Of a DNA stretch of 64,000 bases, positions 27,801 to 34,561 are shown in pieces (the first letter of the stretch is position 1; every line of letters starts with the position of its first letter). Origin of the DNA: Clostridiales bacterium (GTDB lineage Bacteria > Bacillota > Clostridia > Christensenellales > Aristaeellaceae). The position numbers were made by a program, and so were the translations under genes. The notes under the pieces were generated by a model that saw only the letters and a program-made list of their open reading frames with translations, had not been told where the DNA came from and did not search any database. The DNA is taken from contig SVGJ01000005.1 of the NCBI GenBank assembly GCA_015056415.1, positions 1,845 through 65,844 on the forward strand, in the 5' to 3' direction.

Positions 27801-28344
27801 CGTCCCCAACCGGTGCATTATACGCTTTCACCTTCTCCGCCCATGTCATCTTCGGCTGCTCTTGGGCAGGCTGTTCTTTCCCGGTGCTGGTCTGCTGGGT
27901 AACAGGCTGCTCCTTTTCGGTGCTGGTCTTCTGAGCCGTATTGATCTTTGGAATCCAAGGCTGCTGCGTCTTGGCAGCAGCCTTGGGCTGGGTGTTGTGG
28001 ATCTTCGTTGCAGGCGCTTCCACGGCCGCCTGGTTTGCACCAGATCGGTTTTCTGTCTCCTGCTTCACCTTGGCCGTCCGCAAGCCTTCCTTGGCTTCCT
28101 TCCGGCGTTCATATTCGCTCTTGCTGGCTACGTATTTGCCAACAGAAGTCATCGTGCGCTCCCGGTTTGCCTGCTTCGCCTTGGCCGTCCGCAAACCTTC
28201 CTTGGCCTCCTTCCGGCGTTCGTAATCGCTCTTGCTGGCTGCATATTGGCCAACAGAAGCCATCGTGCGCTCCCGGTTTGCCTGCTTCGCCTGTTCTTCC
28301 TTTTCCCGCTCCAGATCGGTCTTTTTCTTGGTTTCGGTAGCCAT
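18814..28344 (-). CDS. Giant multi-domain virion-module protein (polyvalent-protein-like; zincin HExxH module, nuclease-like module, ART-like module, Gly-rich hydrophobic segments)
   Basis: Uninterrupted 3176-codon ORF; HESWH at nt 25081-25095; YHGT...GYGIYLSD at about nt 23750-23853; located between structural and lysis genes. Confidence 0.85.
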   Translation of the reverse strand: MATETKKKTDLEREKEEQAKQANRERTMASVGQYAASKSDYERRKEAKEGLRTAKAKQANRERTMTSVGKYVASKSEYERRKEAKEGLRTAKVKQETENRSGANQAAVEAPATKIHNTQPKAAAKTQQPWIPKINTAQKTSTEKEQPVTQQTSTGKEQPAQEQPKMTWAEKVKAYNAPVGDELNGYIAKSQEVLDRRRSFVSAQTKIGLAKDAAEKKKAESGKPVLPDTSGPATPEQTQAVAGWYDENSEEARRAKWDEARGAYSQAETEYENYLGMSESLDEVEAAYAARAAGQELTKRQQWLLTYGQTPSREEINAALEKNKAIMDENAWAVEGGYGSMQNERAERYKGKASELVMAVENSAAEMIDQGRMGEWSLYWQYSWDQTESQLKELKADLNVLKTSGAKKRTIEEVEERIGWLEADLQALTDLSVMANADFAVMSQRDMSITDEDYLEVNGERLQTSKMPEYAANAMQRQARYKTLTDLERAIYNYKYKMEGPESAKAYKYKVLDLRSQYRKTMQDDENLRELAEEAPVGSSIISVLQSPMQSLGGLYAGTSALIGADANPYRDEFDATRSINTVRGTVEENIDSNLGKFAYKTATGIGDNLMSSAASGGKSTLAAGIMGLSGMGAKSMEMLESGATAREAGIGGGITMATEFITEKIQFDNVFDAFISGKSAGTYGDMLKTAAKSFFSGGMEETSSGLVEEAVDRYLMGENSNRVQTIKANMDKGMGMNDAIREADWSFVQSLGETFLVGGASESVMATGGYALGAQTARAQAEEITRELPGLDKELVQTALEMQHGVREMDEAVVEEAYAQIEAEQEKQVEQQNHAVFKAPAVMGGEQVVVAGVDTSGAEAKVNVIKDGVETAVPLNEVEFATEEQRQAYGYATSYADADVARRFLAGYEKSNAPISNYAKGFAAEYAAGRNNRELIGTENVWAKALPDQIQQLAYEAGQKSAAKETTQLQMDEDVSSAVAKTVTALPTEVTESHTGAVNLVTRSKLTSSQATQMAVLDQVGRKYGTQYIIVDSFQDQTEGMEQLGVAASVQNGKLNGVYKYGTNQMVIALDAEGGNLLRAAGHESWHYIKEHSQSNNYVRGDAEALQNFVLEKLQATEGYDLETRIAEKQDQYKRLAGQELDRDAAIEEIVADSMVEVLATEENVRDLMENHTTLGEKVLGFIKRFLNNIRTMLRNMGGKNAEARAMLEQTEETLQQIAEHFNRVMIEVNAVRESGSAAQSDGGVKYSLSGEDSEVEHIKDQIRAKLDILNRMEPVANISAPNMEKENKTNRIRWAIDMLKPYGGRVDRQGFGKIEIGRNQIDMSIEYLKTPGDIAAVLAVPRVLKRGVEIQRHKGHKERPYDTVTFAAPVVINGVKGNVGVVVKLLGRNLYKTHRIVMPDGSAFTFEDNEKSREDTRGRNSSQERGANTRNNSAKNSIADETKKGKNKFSLSDDDYQKAVAANDMNAAQRMVDEAAEKQFRESKIRGKNGKLLKVYHGTKADFNVFDTSKQGGVNGTAEGYGIYLSDSQSVTSAYGQRQIGAYANITKPATSWKKTLTLPQLTKLIEATCKAEAKRMMEDDGYDTMKDALPDTWISNYVETYRSPSMSAHYRSAASQLLQMNDNDMDIIQEVMVAMGIRDYATAENFYEKMLTPTTGIDGFWTTWDNQNTGEKSNVILALKSSQVKYADPATYDDNGELIPLSKRFDTSESDIRYSLKDVDTFNPEMEVLLEENRELRDLVRGLNTKLKEYSGRAMDEKTVRRVASGLKKKYSSTVPLSTLTENMSRAFAAMQQATDTRQSEAAMEMMGNIAMDMIVKSQVADREAYDSSKDLRERFRKHRIGLTDTQWQEAENIYGTARDFRRAVFGKWNVPAQNGRGVTTLDMVWDELVAEYPQYFTEDASEGDMVQQVIDMLHRTEIKYDNPFSADIGQVASGLATEIYQEYLKAEDYSGAKDPTVDRLLDQLADARATIMEQKHGMRNAARRVEEMREKRVSEAYRRKQNQDYKQVKGEIIRKKGQLLKKLETPKSGAFIPQSMHNAVLELLRAVDFEGKLEGGTNRPLTAAMLNRAQEEYTKLNLPDENGGTGPLAAFYNGDLVYDFELLARDADGKKAGELNMKEMQALRNIISGYAAAIVNEDRMFMQNRRESLQETGDDLLTTMHMRREHTVQGPVREWFSKGLQQGLIKPVTAFHQFKGTAMEPVWKALRNAEGQHIRHVEEAANYLEEALDKYDQHESIRKEGTKSKRDKAQEITFESGARMKLTDQEMMTLYATARREQMVGTQHLTAGGFTLANAAKGSSMRPVILTAKDIQTITNSLTQQQREYVDHMVEYLSGTCADWGNEVTLELYGVEKFHEEYYIPFSVNKNYVKVEPATAQDSRIKTGSFTKALTDKASNPLEIKPFTEIWCQHVEKMSDYNAFVLPIEDMTRLMNYKGEGEGVKAVMNRAYGKQTTDYIMNFLRRLNGNSRNEMGESWLGGFMSRAKGAAVTFNLSVAIQQMGSASRAMAMIDPKYFMLGSMKAAFHGKSDGHRSFNASYAEMEKYAPIAVEKGWGYFDTNMSQGMYQRAQNTTRNKINDAGGKLAEVGDKMTWARIWEAVKAETADTHPDVKVGSEEFFQLCAERATDVIDNTQVVDSIFQRAEWAAEKGMMKNFMAFMSEPLSTYNMVYRALWDIGEAKGKGRAAMTRALKTTGRTVGSIVVSSAVTAALKSVITALRDRDNEKKDEEGNIVGVRTGWDKWLDAMPGAFADNILGIGTIYTNAISDALSSFGGGSDLTTGWIGNLITGGKYMTQIISGEKESTLENWEKAMYKMLQGSSSALGIGFGNLWRDVKSAGMAVYEYVERESLAGSAWDKELPFETRLQAAQKNYVYAKQPGDKRKQNTDIYYDLMLTAYFEDGGMYENYEAAANAAIATGATSKGLTTGFKTRLRAAEELIPKAAAALVEGNMDAYNEAVTTLQEKGIGMRAISSMVISEAKELLPQEETEPGTGADVAGELQRTDVDDDPVKFMMNQEYNAAATPEELKAAVDQMRENGTTDKDLRTKVTTSYRKAYCEAIWNGDTQTAREAAAMMRGAGVGITDDDLHEWTSGLSGSYASDQLHKLIKDGDGKSAVKIRAAMYKAHGQQETNAAIESYVKKYCVGKENVDEAKVKKAMLALGYSQQTIDSWFKK
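28069..28290 (-). repeat. 2 x 111-bp in-frame tandem duplication at the 5' end of the giant gene
   Basis: aa 19-55 and 56-92 (AKQANRERTM.SVG.Y.ASKS.YERRKEAKEGLRTAK) nearly identical; the DNA offset of 111 nt is visible (28085 vs 28196). Confidence 0.9.
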
Positions 28345-28356
28345 GCCGCATCCCCC

Positions 28357-29133
28357 TTAATTATCGTCTTCCCATAGGTCGTTCCAGTATTTGTACTGCG
28401 TCCAGTACCGCTCCTGCTCCGTGTCATAGTCGCTCACATCATCGCGGTATTGCTGATATTCGGTGGACTGTCCGTCCCTCAGCGAGTTCAGTCGGTTGTA
28501 GTAGTCCGCCCTGTCGCTCTCAAAATTACTGCGCAACGCACTTTCCGCCGTCTGATAAGCGGAAAGGTTGCTCCGCATGTTGTCGCCCTCGGTGTCGTAG
28601 GCGCTTTTCGCCAGAGAATACAGCTCAATGGCGTCATCATTCAACTGGTTCAGATGTTGCTGATACGCCTGGCTGCCCGCCGTACTGGCATAGCTGGAGC
28701 CATACCCGCCCGTCAGCGCAGCAGCCTGGCCCATAGTGTCCTGCATGGCCTGCTTACCACTGGACATGTACTTGGCCGCCAGCTGCTGGTACAGCGGATC
28801 CTGCGACATGTTGTACTGGAAAGCCTGCCGGTTGTTCAGCTTGTTCAGCAGGCTGTCGATGTTCTGGCCATACTTGCTGGTATACGTTCCCGGGCCATCC
28901 GTTTCCATCTTCTTGATCCTGGATGCATACGTATCCGTATAGGTCGGCTTTGCCGCGTTCAGCTTGGATTTGGCCGTGCTGATATCCTTGGTGTACCTGC
29001 TTGTGGAGCTGCTGCTCCCGTTTCCGCTTCCACTTCCGGTTGTGGCCTGCGTTTCTTCCGTTGTCGTTTCGGTCGGATTCGTCAGCACCGAAGCATCTGC
29101 ATCGGCCAGCGGTTTCCTTGCTACCATTGCCAT
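28357..29133 (-). CDS. Phage structural/internal protein, unknown function
   Basis: 258 aa, Ser/Thr/Gly-rich N-terminus and Gln/Tyr-rich body; between a large structural ORF and the giant gene. Confidence 0.6.
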   Translation of the reverse strand: MAMVARKPLADADASVLTNPTETTTEETQATTGSGSGNGSSSSTSRYTKDISTAKSKLNAAKPTYTDTYASRIKKMETDGPGTYTSKYGQNIDSLLNKLNNRQAFQYNMSQDPLYQQLAAKYMSSGKQAMQDTMGQAAALTGGYGSSYASTAGSQAYQQHLNQLNDDAIELYSLAKSAYDTEGDNMRSNLSAYQTAESALRSNFESDRADYYNRLNSLRDGQSTEYQQYRDDVSDYDTEQERYWTQYKYWNDLWEDDN

Positions 29134-29139
29134 TGTTCG

Positions 29140-30891
29140 TTACCTCCCATATTCGCTCCCAGCCTCCACCAAGCGGCTCATGCCCAGCAGTTTCATCTCA
29201 CCCACACCGGCGATCTCCACCTGCAGCCTGTCACACCGCTTGGGGTAGATCGGCAGCGTGTGCCGTCTCTTGGCAGCTCCTGTAATACTCATGGCGTCCT
29301 GCCACGCTTCGTTATCCTTGCGGATTCTCACGTGGGCCTGGGCATTCTCTCCCAGTTCCAGCAAAAGCTGTACCTTGCTCACGTGCTTGTTGTTCGGCCC
29401 GGAGGAAAGCATTTCGCCCGTCCTCAGACACCAGTCGATGTCCTCGTCGTTTTCTTCGGTGGCCTCCACCTTGTAATCGCTCCCCAACATGAAGAAATCC
29501 TTGCTGTACTCGCCCGCCTTCAGCGCCCACACCTCGCCCTCTGCCGTCAGCATAAAGGTCTCGGTCTGGCATTGGGCAAAGGCCAGCACATGCACATCAT
29601 CCTCACGCATCCACAGCCCGCTGGTTGTGTCATAGGTCAGCAGATGCCACGCGCCAGCCTTGTCCTGCATGGAGATATACAGCCTGCGGTCATTGGCGCC
29701 GGCTACCGCATTGGTATACTTCTCCTTGCCCAGCCGGCCGGAGATGCTCGTCACCTGTGTGCCATCGTATACGCATACATCGAACACGGATTTGAAGTAC
29801 ATCAGCTCGTTCACCCGCACCAGCGAGGCGCCGCTACCTCGTTCCGCACCTCTGAAGTGCTCCACCGTTGTCTGGTAGTTGGACGGCTGTGTACCGTAGA
29901 TCTTGTGGATGCAATTCTCCTTCGTAAAGATCACGCTGCCGTTCATCGCCGCCGCGCCGGTGAAGTCGCCAGGAGAACCGATGGTCAGCGCATAGCTGTC
30001 CGTCGAGATTCCCGCATATTTCCGCCAGTTGGTCGGATCGCCCAGCGCACAGGAGTAGATCTCATGGTTCTCGCTGGAGCATCCCCACAGCCTGTTGTTC
30101 AGCTCCACAACATAGTCCATGTCCGGGCAGCTGCGACGCACCGTCACAACCTCCGTTTGGCTCTTCACTTCGCCGATGATCCCCGTGTACACGATCTGAT
30201 CATCCGCCGCGCTGCTGATGATCCAATCCCCGTCCAGCCCTTCCCCCAGGATGCCGGATACCGTAACCGCATCCTCCGCTTTCAGCCCCTTGCCGATTCC
30301 CTTGGCCTTCACGCACACATAGGTGGTGGCTTGCTCCACCCACATCCCGGTGGAATCCGCCCAGGTCTTCATCACGGCTTTATCGCCGGATGTGTCCAGC
30401 CACATCTGGCCTGCCGTGGGATTCTCCGGCGCCGTGGCCGATGCAGTATAGCTTCCGTATGCCGTTCCGTCAGCCTTGGCCAGCTCCACCGTCACCTGGC
30501 CCGTGGTCACATTCTTCTGCTCCATTTCGCTAAACGTGTACGTTTCCGTGTCAAAGATTTTCTTATCCGGAAAGATGCAGATCCGGCTGCCCATGGCCAC
30601 CATCTGCTTGAAGCTGTCTGCCACATCGCCATAATAGAAGCCGTTGTAGTAGAATTTCGTGCCATCCACAAAGCACAGCTTGTCGGTGGCTATCATGCCG
30701 TTGGGCTTATCCAGCCTGCCCACCAGCACACGCTTTTCCCTTCGGGCCACAATGGGCGCCAGCGCCGCGTCCATGTTCTTGGTGTACTCCCACTCGCCAT
30801 CAGAGAGCGTTCCGGTCAGGTTCAGGCCCTGCATATTCACCGCCACGCTCTGGCTGCGTCTCAAATTGTTCAGGTAAGGCAGCATCCTCAC
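29140..30891 (-). CDS. Large phage structural protein (putative tail/nozzle component)
   Basis: 583 aa, position downstream of capsid and adaptor-like genes; no motif recognised. Confidence 0.6.
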   Translation of the reverse strand: MRMLPYLNNLRRSQSVAVNMQGLNLTGTLSDGEWEYTKNMDAALAPIVARREKRVLVGRLDKPNGMIATDKLCFVDGTKFYYNGFYYGDVADSFKQMVAMGSRICIFPDKKIFDTETYTFSEMEQKNVTTGQVTVELAKADGTAYGSYTASATAPENPTAGQMWLDTSGDKAVMKTWADSTGMWVEQATTYVCVKAKGIGKGLKAEDAVTVSGILGEGLDGDWIISSAADDQIVYTGIIGEVKSQTEVVTVRRSCPDMDYVVELNNRLWGCSSENHEIYSCALGDPTNWRKYAGISTDSYALTIGSPGDFTGAAAMNGSVIFTKENCIHKIYGTQPSNYQTTVEHFRGAERGSGASLVRVNELMYFKSVFDVCVYDGTQVTSISGRLGKEKYTNAVAGANDRRLYISMQDKAGAWHLLTYDTTSGLWMREDDVHVLAFAQCQTETFMLTAEGEVWALKAGEYSKDFFMLGSDYKVEATEENDEDIDWCLRTGEMLSSGPNNKHVSKVQLLLELGENAQAHVRIRKDNEAWQDAMSITGAAKRRHTLPIYPKRCDRLQVEIAGVGEMKLLGMSRLVEAGSEYGR

Positions 30892-31307
30892 ACCCCCAGG
30901 TTCAGCGGGTCATCCCCGTGCCTCGCTCCATAGCCATACACCACATGGTCGATCACCGTGCGTAGCGGCTTGTGCGCCCTGTGGTAAGCCTTGCGGGCTT
31001 CCTGCCACTCCTCGTTGAACAGCATGGCCGAGTTGTTGTACCTGTCGATCTCCCCCAGCCGGTAATCGATCTTGCTGTACAAGTGGTGAATGTACACCTC
31101 GTCATACGGCGCAGGGATCAACAGCTCTGCCTCCACCCCCTCATCATAGGGTTCAGGCCTCTCCACATCCTCGCTGCCCTCATGGGTCAGGATCATCTGC
31201 TCATACCACTTGCTGTCCAGCTGCGACAGCCACCGCAGCATCTCCTCGCGGGTGGATTCCCCCGGCCGGTCACGCTCCACGCGCTTCAGCACTTCCAGCG
31301 TAGTCAC
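30888..31307 (-). CDS. Putative head-tail adaptor / head completion protein
   Basis: 139 aa, downstream of the capsid gene; ATGA-type overlap with the next gene. Confidence 0.5.
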   Translation of the reverse strand: MTTLEVLKRVERDRPGESTREEMLRWLSQLDSKWYEQMILTHEGSEDVERPEPYDEGVEAELLIPAPYDEVYIHHLYSKIDYRLGEIDRYNNSAMLFNEEWQEARKAYHRAHKPLRTVIDHVVYGYGARHGDDPLNLGV

Positions 31308-31388
31308 ATTTCTTCACTCCTTTATAGGAAAAGGAGCCGCCGCTTTTTCCAGCAGCGGCTCCCGCCGTACTTGCTCTGATATTGACCA

Positions 31389-31910
31389 TCAGCCGCCGTA
31401 GGGCTTGGTCTTTTCAGCCGTATTCTGTTCGTACTCGTCAACCAGGCGCATCATCATGGCCTCGGTCTGGCTGTCCTGCTTCTGGCTGGCAGCCACCACC
31501 TCCGCAATGTAGCGAGGTACTTCCACCGGGACGCCGCGCTTGATCAGCACCCGGCGTCCGTTCACGAACACAGCCACATCATCCTTGTAGCGCTCTTCAT
31601 CCTTGAAGAGCTGGATGGTCACCATCTCCATGGCGCGTGCACGTTTCTTTTCGGCCTCATCCTTCTCAGGATCCACCACAGGCTCATCAACCAGCGCAGC
31701 CCGTTCGGCAGCCTCCTGGGCTTTCTTGGCCTCCATCTGCTCAATCAGCTTGGTGGCCGCTTCCGCTGCGGCCACAGCCTTCTTGGCCGCCTTCTCGGCC
31801 GCAGACTTGGTATCAGCCTGGGCAGCCTCTTCAGCAGCTTCTCTGGCCTTCACAGCTTCAGCGCGGGCAGCTTCTTCCAGCTGCTCCACATTCATTTCCA
31901 TATGATCCAT
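31389..31910 (-). CDS. Phage protein with Ala/Glu/Lys-rich coiled-coil N-terminus (capsid-associated)
   Basis: 173 aa immediately after the major capsid gene. Confidence 0.55.
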   Translation of the reverse strand: MDHMEMNVEQLEEAARAEAVKAREAAEEAAQADTKSAAEKAAKKAVAAAEAATKLIEQMEAKKAQEAAERAALVDEPVVDPEKDEAEKKRARAMEMVTIQLFKDEERYKDDVAVFVNGRRVLIKRGVPVEVPRYIAEVVAASQKQDSQTEAMMMRLVDEYEQNTAEKTKPYGG

Positions 31911-31930
31911 ATGGTTTACCCTCCCTCAAC

Positions 31931-32917
31931 TTAGTTGGCAGCCGCCATCTTGGAATAGGAGCTGGTGGTCTCAAGACGCACCATAGCTTCCTCATTCAGG
32001 CGCTGAGCGCCGTGGGTAGCCTTCCAGCCAATGGACGCACGCTGGTTCAGGGGATCCTCACCATAGCCCAGGGGCTTGATGATGTGCTGCAGGCCAGCGC
32101 CCTCCAGCTCGGTCACGCCGTAGGCATGACCGGCGATCATCATGGACATGAACACAGCCAGGCCATCGGGGCAGCCGTCGCCGGTGATGATCTTCGCCTC
32201 GGAGGTCTCCACCACGCGCACCTTGCCGATCTTGCCGACCTCATCCTGGTACAGGCGATCGCTGGTGTTGTGCTGCTGCCAATGCTTCCATTCGGGGTCA
32301 CGACGAATATCATAGGCCACATAGGGATGCACGATCAGCACATACCCGTCGCCGTCCTCAACATTGTCATTGTCGAAGGCGTCCAGCTCGGTAGCACCCT
32401 TCAGGATGAGATCCACCGTCATCTTGCTCTTAGCGGTCAGAGCGTCACGGGTCAGCACTTCCGTCTCAGTGCCATCGGCATCCACGCTGGGAGCATACAT
32501 CACATTGGTGCCGCCGCAAACGACCTCGCGGGTCAGGGTGTCCAGGGTGCGGCCAGCCTGAGATCCGAGCGCCTTGGTGCCCTGCACCACGATGTTGTCC
32601 AGCGCAGCCAGCTTGATGATGTCGCTGTAGCGGATCCAGTCGCCGTACTGCTTCACAGTACCCTTGATCGTGGATACTTCCAGCTTGTTGCCGGCAGGGG
32701 TCACGCCTTCGGTCAGGGGGGTAAGCGCCTTGGGCAGCTTGGAGAAGCGGCGCCACTCCATGCTCGTGCCGTTACCGGCGGGCAGGGGGTACTTGTCGCC
32801 ATACTTGTTGTACACAAGCTTGGGCTGGGTGGTATTCAGCAAGGTCTTAACGTAGTACTCTTTGATCTCCGGCGCCATCTCGGGAATCAGAGTGGTCTGG
32901 GTAGTGGTATTAGGCAT
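31931..32917 (-). CDS. Major capsid protein (N4-gp56 family-like, HK97 fold)
   Basis: 328 aa; MPNTTTQTTLIPE...EYYVKTLL...EWRRFSKLPKALTPLTEGVTP...YGDWIRYSD pattern recalled from this capsid family; preceded by a scaffold gene. Confidence 0.8.
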   Translation of the reverse strand: MPNTTTQTTLIPEMAPEIKEYYVKTLLNTTQPKLVYNKYGDKYPLPAGNGTSMEWRRFSKLPKALTPLTEGVTPAGNKLEVSTIKGTVKQYGDWIRYSDIIKLAALDNIVVQGTKALGSQAGRTLDTLTREVVCGGTNVMYAPSVDADGTETEVLTRDALTAKSKMTVDLILKGATELDAFDNDNVEDGDGYVLIVHPYVAYDIRRDPEWKHWQQHNTSDRLYQDEVGKIGKVRVVETSEAKIITGDGCPDGLAVFMSMMIAGHAYGVTELEGAGLQHIIKPLGYGEDPLNQRASIGWKATHGAQRLNEEAMVRLETTSSYSKMAAAN

Positions 32918-32971
32918 TGCTATTCACTTCACTTTTCGGCCATCATCTGACATTGCGTCATCCGGCCATGC

Positions 32972-33886
32972 TTAGCCGAGTTTGTCCGGCGTAATCACTT
33001 CACCCCTGGCCAGCCTGCGCTCGATATCGCGCATCTGCTGGGGTGTAAGCTGGCTCACGGTCAGCTTCACAGGTTTGGCGGGAGTCTTGCCCGCGCCATT
33101 CTCCTGGGGCCGCATACCGTTCGCTCTGATGGTATCCATCGTGCGCTGTGCCGTGCGCTGCACAGCTCCGGCCACCGTCTGGCCCATGATCTCGTCCATG
33201 TGGAGCGTCTCATAGGCATGGCGGACAGAAATGCCGTTCTTCAGCAGGTTGAAAAACTCTTTGTTTTCTTCCATCTCGGCATTCAGGTCAAAGTTGGGGT
33301 AGATCTCGCGCAGCGCAGCTTCTTCTCCGCGCCACTTCATCACCATCTTTGCCTGCTCCTGCCGCTCCTGCTGTTCAGCCTGCTGCTGCCGCATAGCCTG
33401 GAGGGCCTGCTCCTTCTGGTCAAGCAGCATGAAAGTCTGGGTGTCCATTCCGCGCCGCTGGGCTTCCGCCTCATACCAGCGCGTATCCCCGGTGATGGCC
33501 GCAGCCAGCGCTGCGGGATCCTCCGTCCCATACTGCCTCTGCAACAGCTTCAAAGCGGGTTCAAGATTTGCCAGTCTTTCCTCAGCCACCTTGGCGCCCT
33601 TCAGGCGGTTCTGGATGATCTTCTGGTTGTGTTCCTTGAACTCTTCGGGGTATTCCTCGCGGATCAGCTTCTGGAAAGCCGCTTTCCGCGCTTTTGCATC
33701 CGGGACGGTCGGCTGCTGGGTGTCATCACCCTGCGCGGAAGCATCCGCGCCTCGTCCATCCTGACCAGCGGCGTCCTGGCCCGTTACGCCCGCGAATCCG
33801 CCTCCACCGTCGCTGGAAGCCGCGCCCGCACCGTCGCCGCCACCGCCATCAGCCATGAGGAAGATCCGTTCCATGAAATCAAACAT
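32972..33886 (-). CDS. Capsid scaffolding protein
   Basis: Gly/Asp-rich N-terminus and long Gln/Glu-rich helices; directly upstream of the capsid gene; AAAGAGG RBS before ATG 33886. Confidence 0.7.
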   Translation of the reverse strand: MFDFMERIFLMADGGGGDGAGAASSDGGGGFAGVTGQDAAGQDGRGADASAQGDDTQQPTVPDAKARKAAFQKLIREEYPEEFKEHNQKIIQNRLKGAKVAEERLANLEPALKLLQRQYGTEDPAALAAAITGDTRWYEAEAQRRGMDTQTFMLLDQKEQALQAMRQQQAEQQERQEQAKMVMKWRGEEAALREIYPNFDLNAEMEENKEFFNLLKNGISVRHAYETLHMDEIMGQTVAGAVQRTAQRTMDTIRANGMRPQENGAGKTPAKPVKLTVSQLTPQQMRDIERRLARGEVITPDKLG

Positions 33887-33953
33887 ATGTACCTCTTTCT
33901 CCGCACTCTCAGCGGGCTTGATCCTTCGATCTGGCCCCAGCATAAAGAAAAAG

Positions 33954-33975
33954 CCGGCGGGTGTAGACCCACCGG
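33954..33975 (-). promoter_or_regulatory. Hairpin carrying the conserved GTGGGTCTACA motif (site B), upstream of the scaffold/capsid genes
   Basis: CCGGTGGGT-CTAC-ACCCGCCGG then CTTTTTCTTT on the minus strand. Confidence 0.6.
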
Positions 33976-33990
33976 ACAAAACTTTTTTAC

Positions 33991-34179
33991 TCACTCTCCA
34001 CTTGTATAGCCGTACTTTGCCAGCACCGCCAGCACATCCTCGGAAAACAGCTTTTTCAGCTGTCCGGGCGGCAGCTCCAGCATGGCCTGCACCAGAACAT
34101 CCACATCTGCCGCTTTTTCATCCATGTCCCTGCGTTTCTGGTTAAACGCAAGCACACGCTTCTTCCAAGGGTTACTCAC
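33991..34179 (-). CDS. Hypothetical small phage protein
   Basis: 62-aa ORF overlapping the stop of the upstream gene. Confidence 0.45.
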   Translation of the reverse strand: MSNPWKKRVLAFNQKRRDMDEKAADVDVLVQAMLELPPGQLKKLFSEDVLAVLAKYGYTSGE

Positions 34180-34549
34180 TATCCTCCACCTCCCCTGAAA
34201 GCAGCAGTTCCAGCGCTTCTTTCAGCTGCGCATTGGATTCCCGCAATGCCGCCACCTCTGCTGTCAGGTCAGGCTGCGGTTCGGGCGGCACATAGTCTGC
34301 GTCCATCTCTTCCGTGGTGCGCTCCACAGGCTTGCCATCCACCAGCTTGTAGCGGTAGATGCCCCTGTCATCCGCCAGAGTCTTGTCCAGGTAATTGCCC
34401 TGGGCGTGGGCATAGCGGTCACCGCAGCCCTCGTCGATCAGCGTCCAGCCCTCCGTTTCAGAAAGGAAGGCGCTGGAGTTGATGGCGATAACCCGGTCGG
34501 ATTCATCAGTTTTCACATACACCCCGTAGGGCTTCACTTCATATTCCAT
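34172..34549 (-). CDS. Hypothetical phage protein (fibre-associated by position)
   Basis: 125 aa; TAAGGAGG RBS; follows a fibre-like gene. Confidence 0.55.
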   Translation of the reverse strand: MEYEVKPYGVYVKTDESDRVIAINSSAFLSETEGWTLIDEGCGDRYAHAQGNYLDKTLADDRGIYRYKLVDGKPVERTTEEMDADYVPPEPQPDLTAEVAALRESNAQLKEALELLLSGEVEDSE

Positions 34550-34561
34550 GCTTGTCCCTCC

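Noticed and set aside
18814-28344. Giant protein as an N4-like or crAss-like virion RNA polymerase
   Set aside because: This was tempting because of the N4-type capsid gene and the size. However, I found no DxDGD-type or T7-like polymerase motifs by eye, whereas HExxH and ART-like motifs are present. Only a profile or structure search could fully exclude a divergent RNAP module.
28450-30933. 827-aa plus-strand ORF opposite the 258-aa and 583-aa structural genes
   Set aside because: Antisense artefact: R/H/G/A-rich, with no RBS. The minus-strand genes have RBSs and operon coupling.
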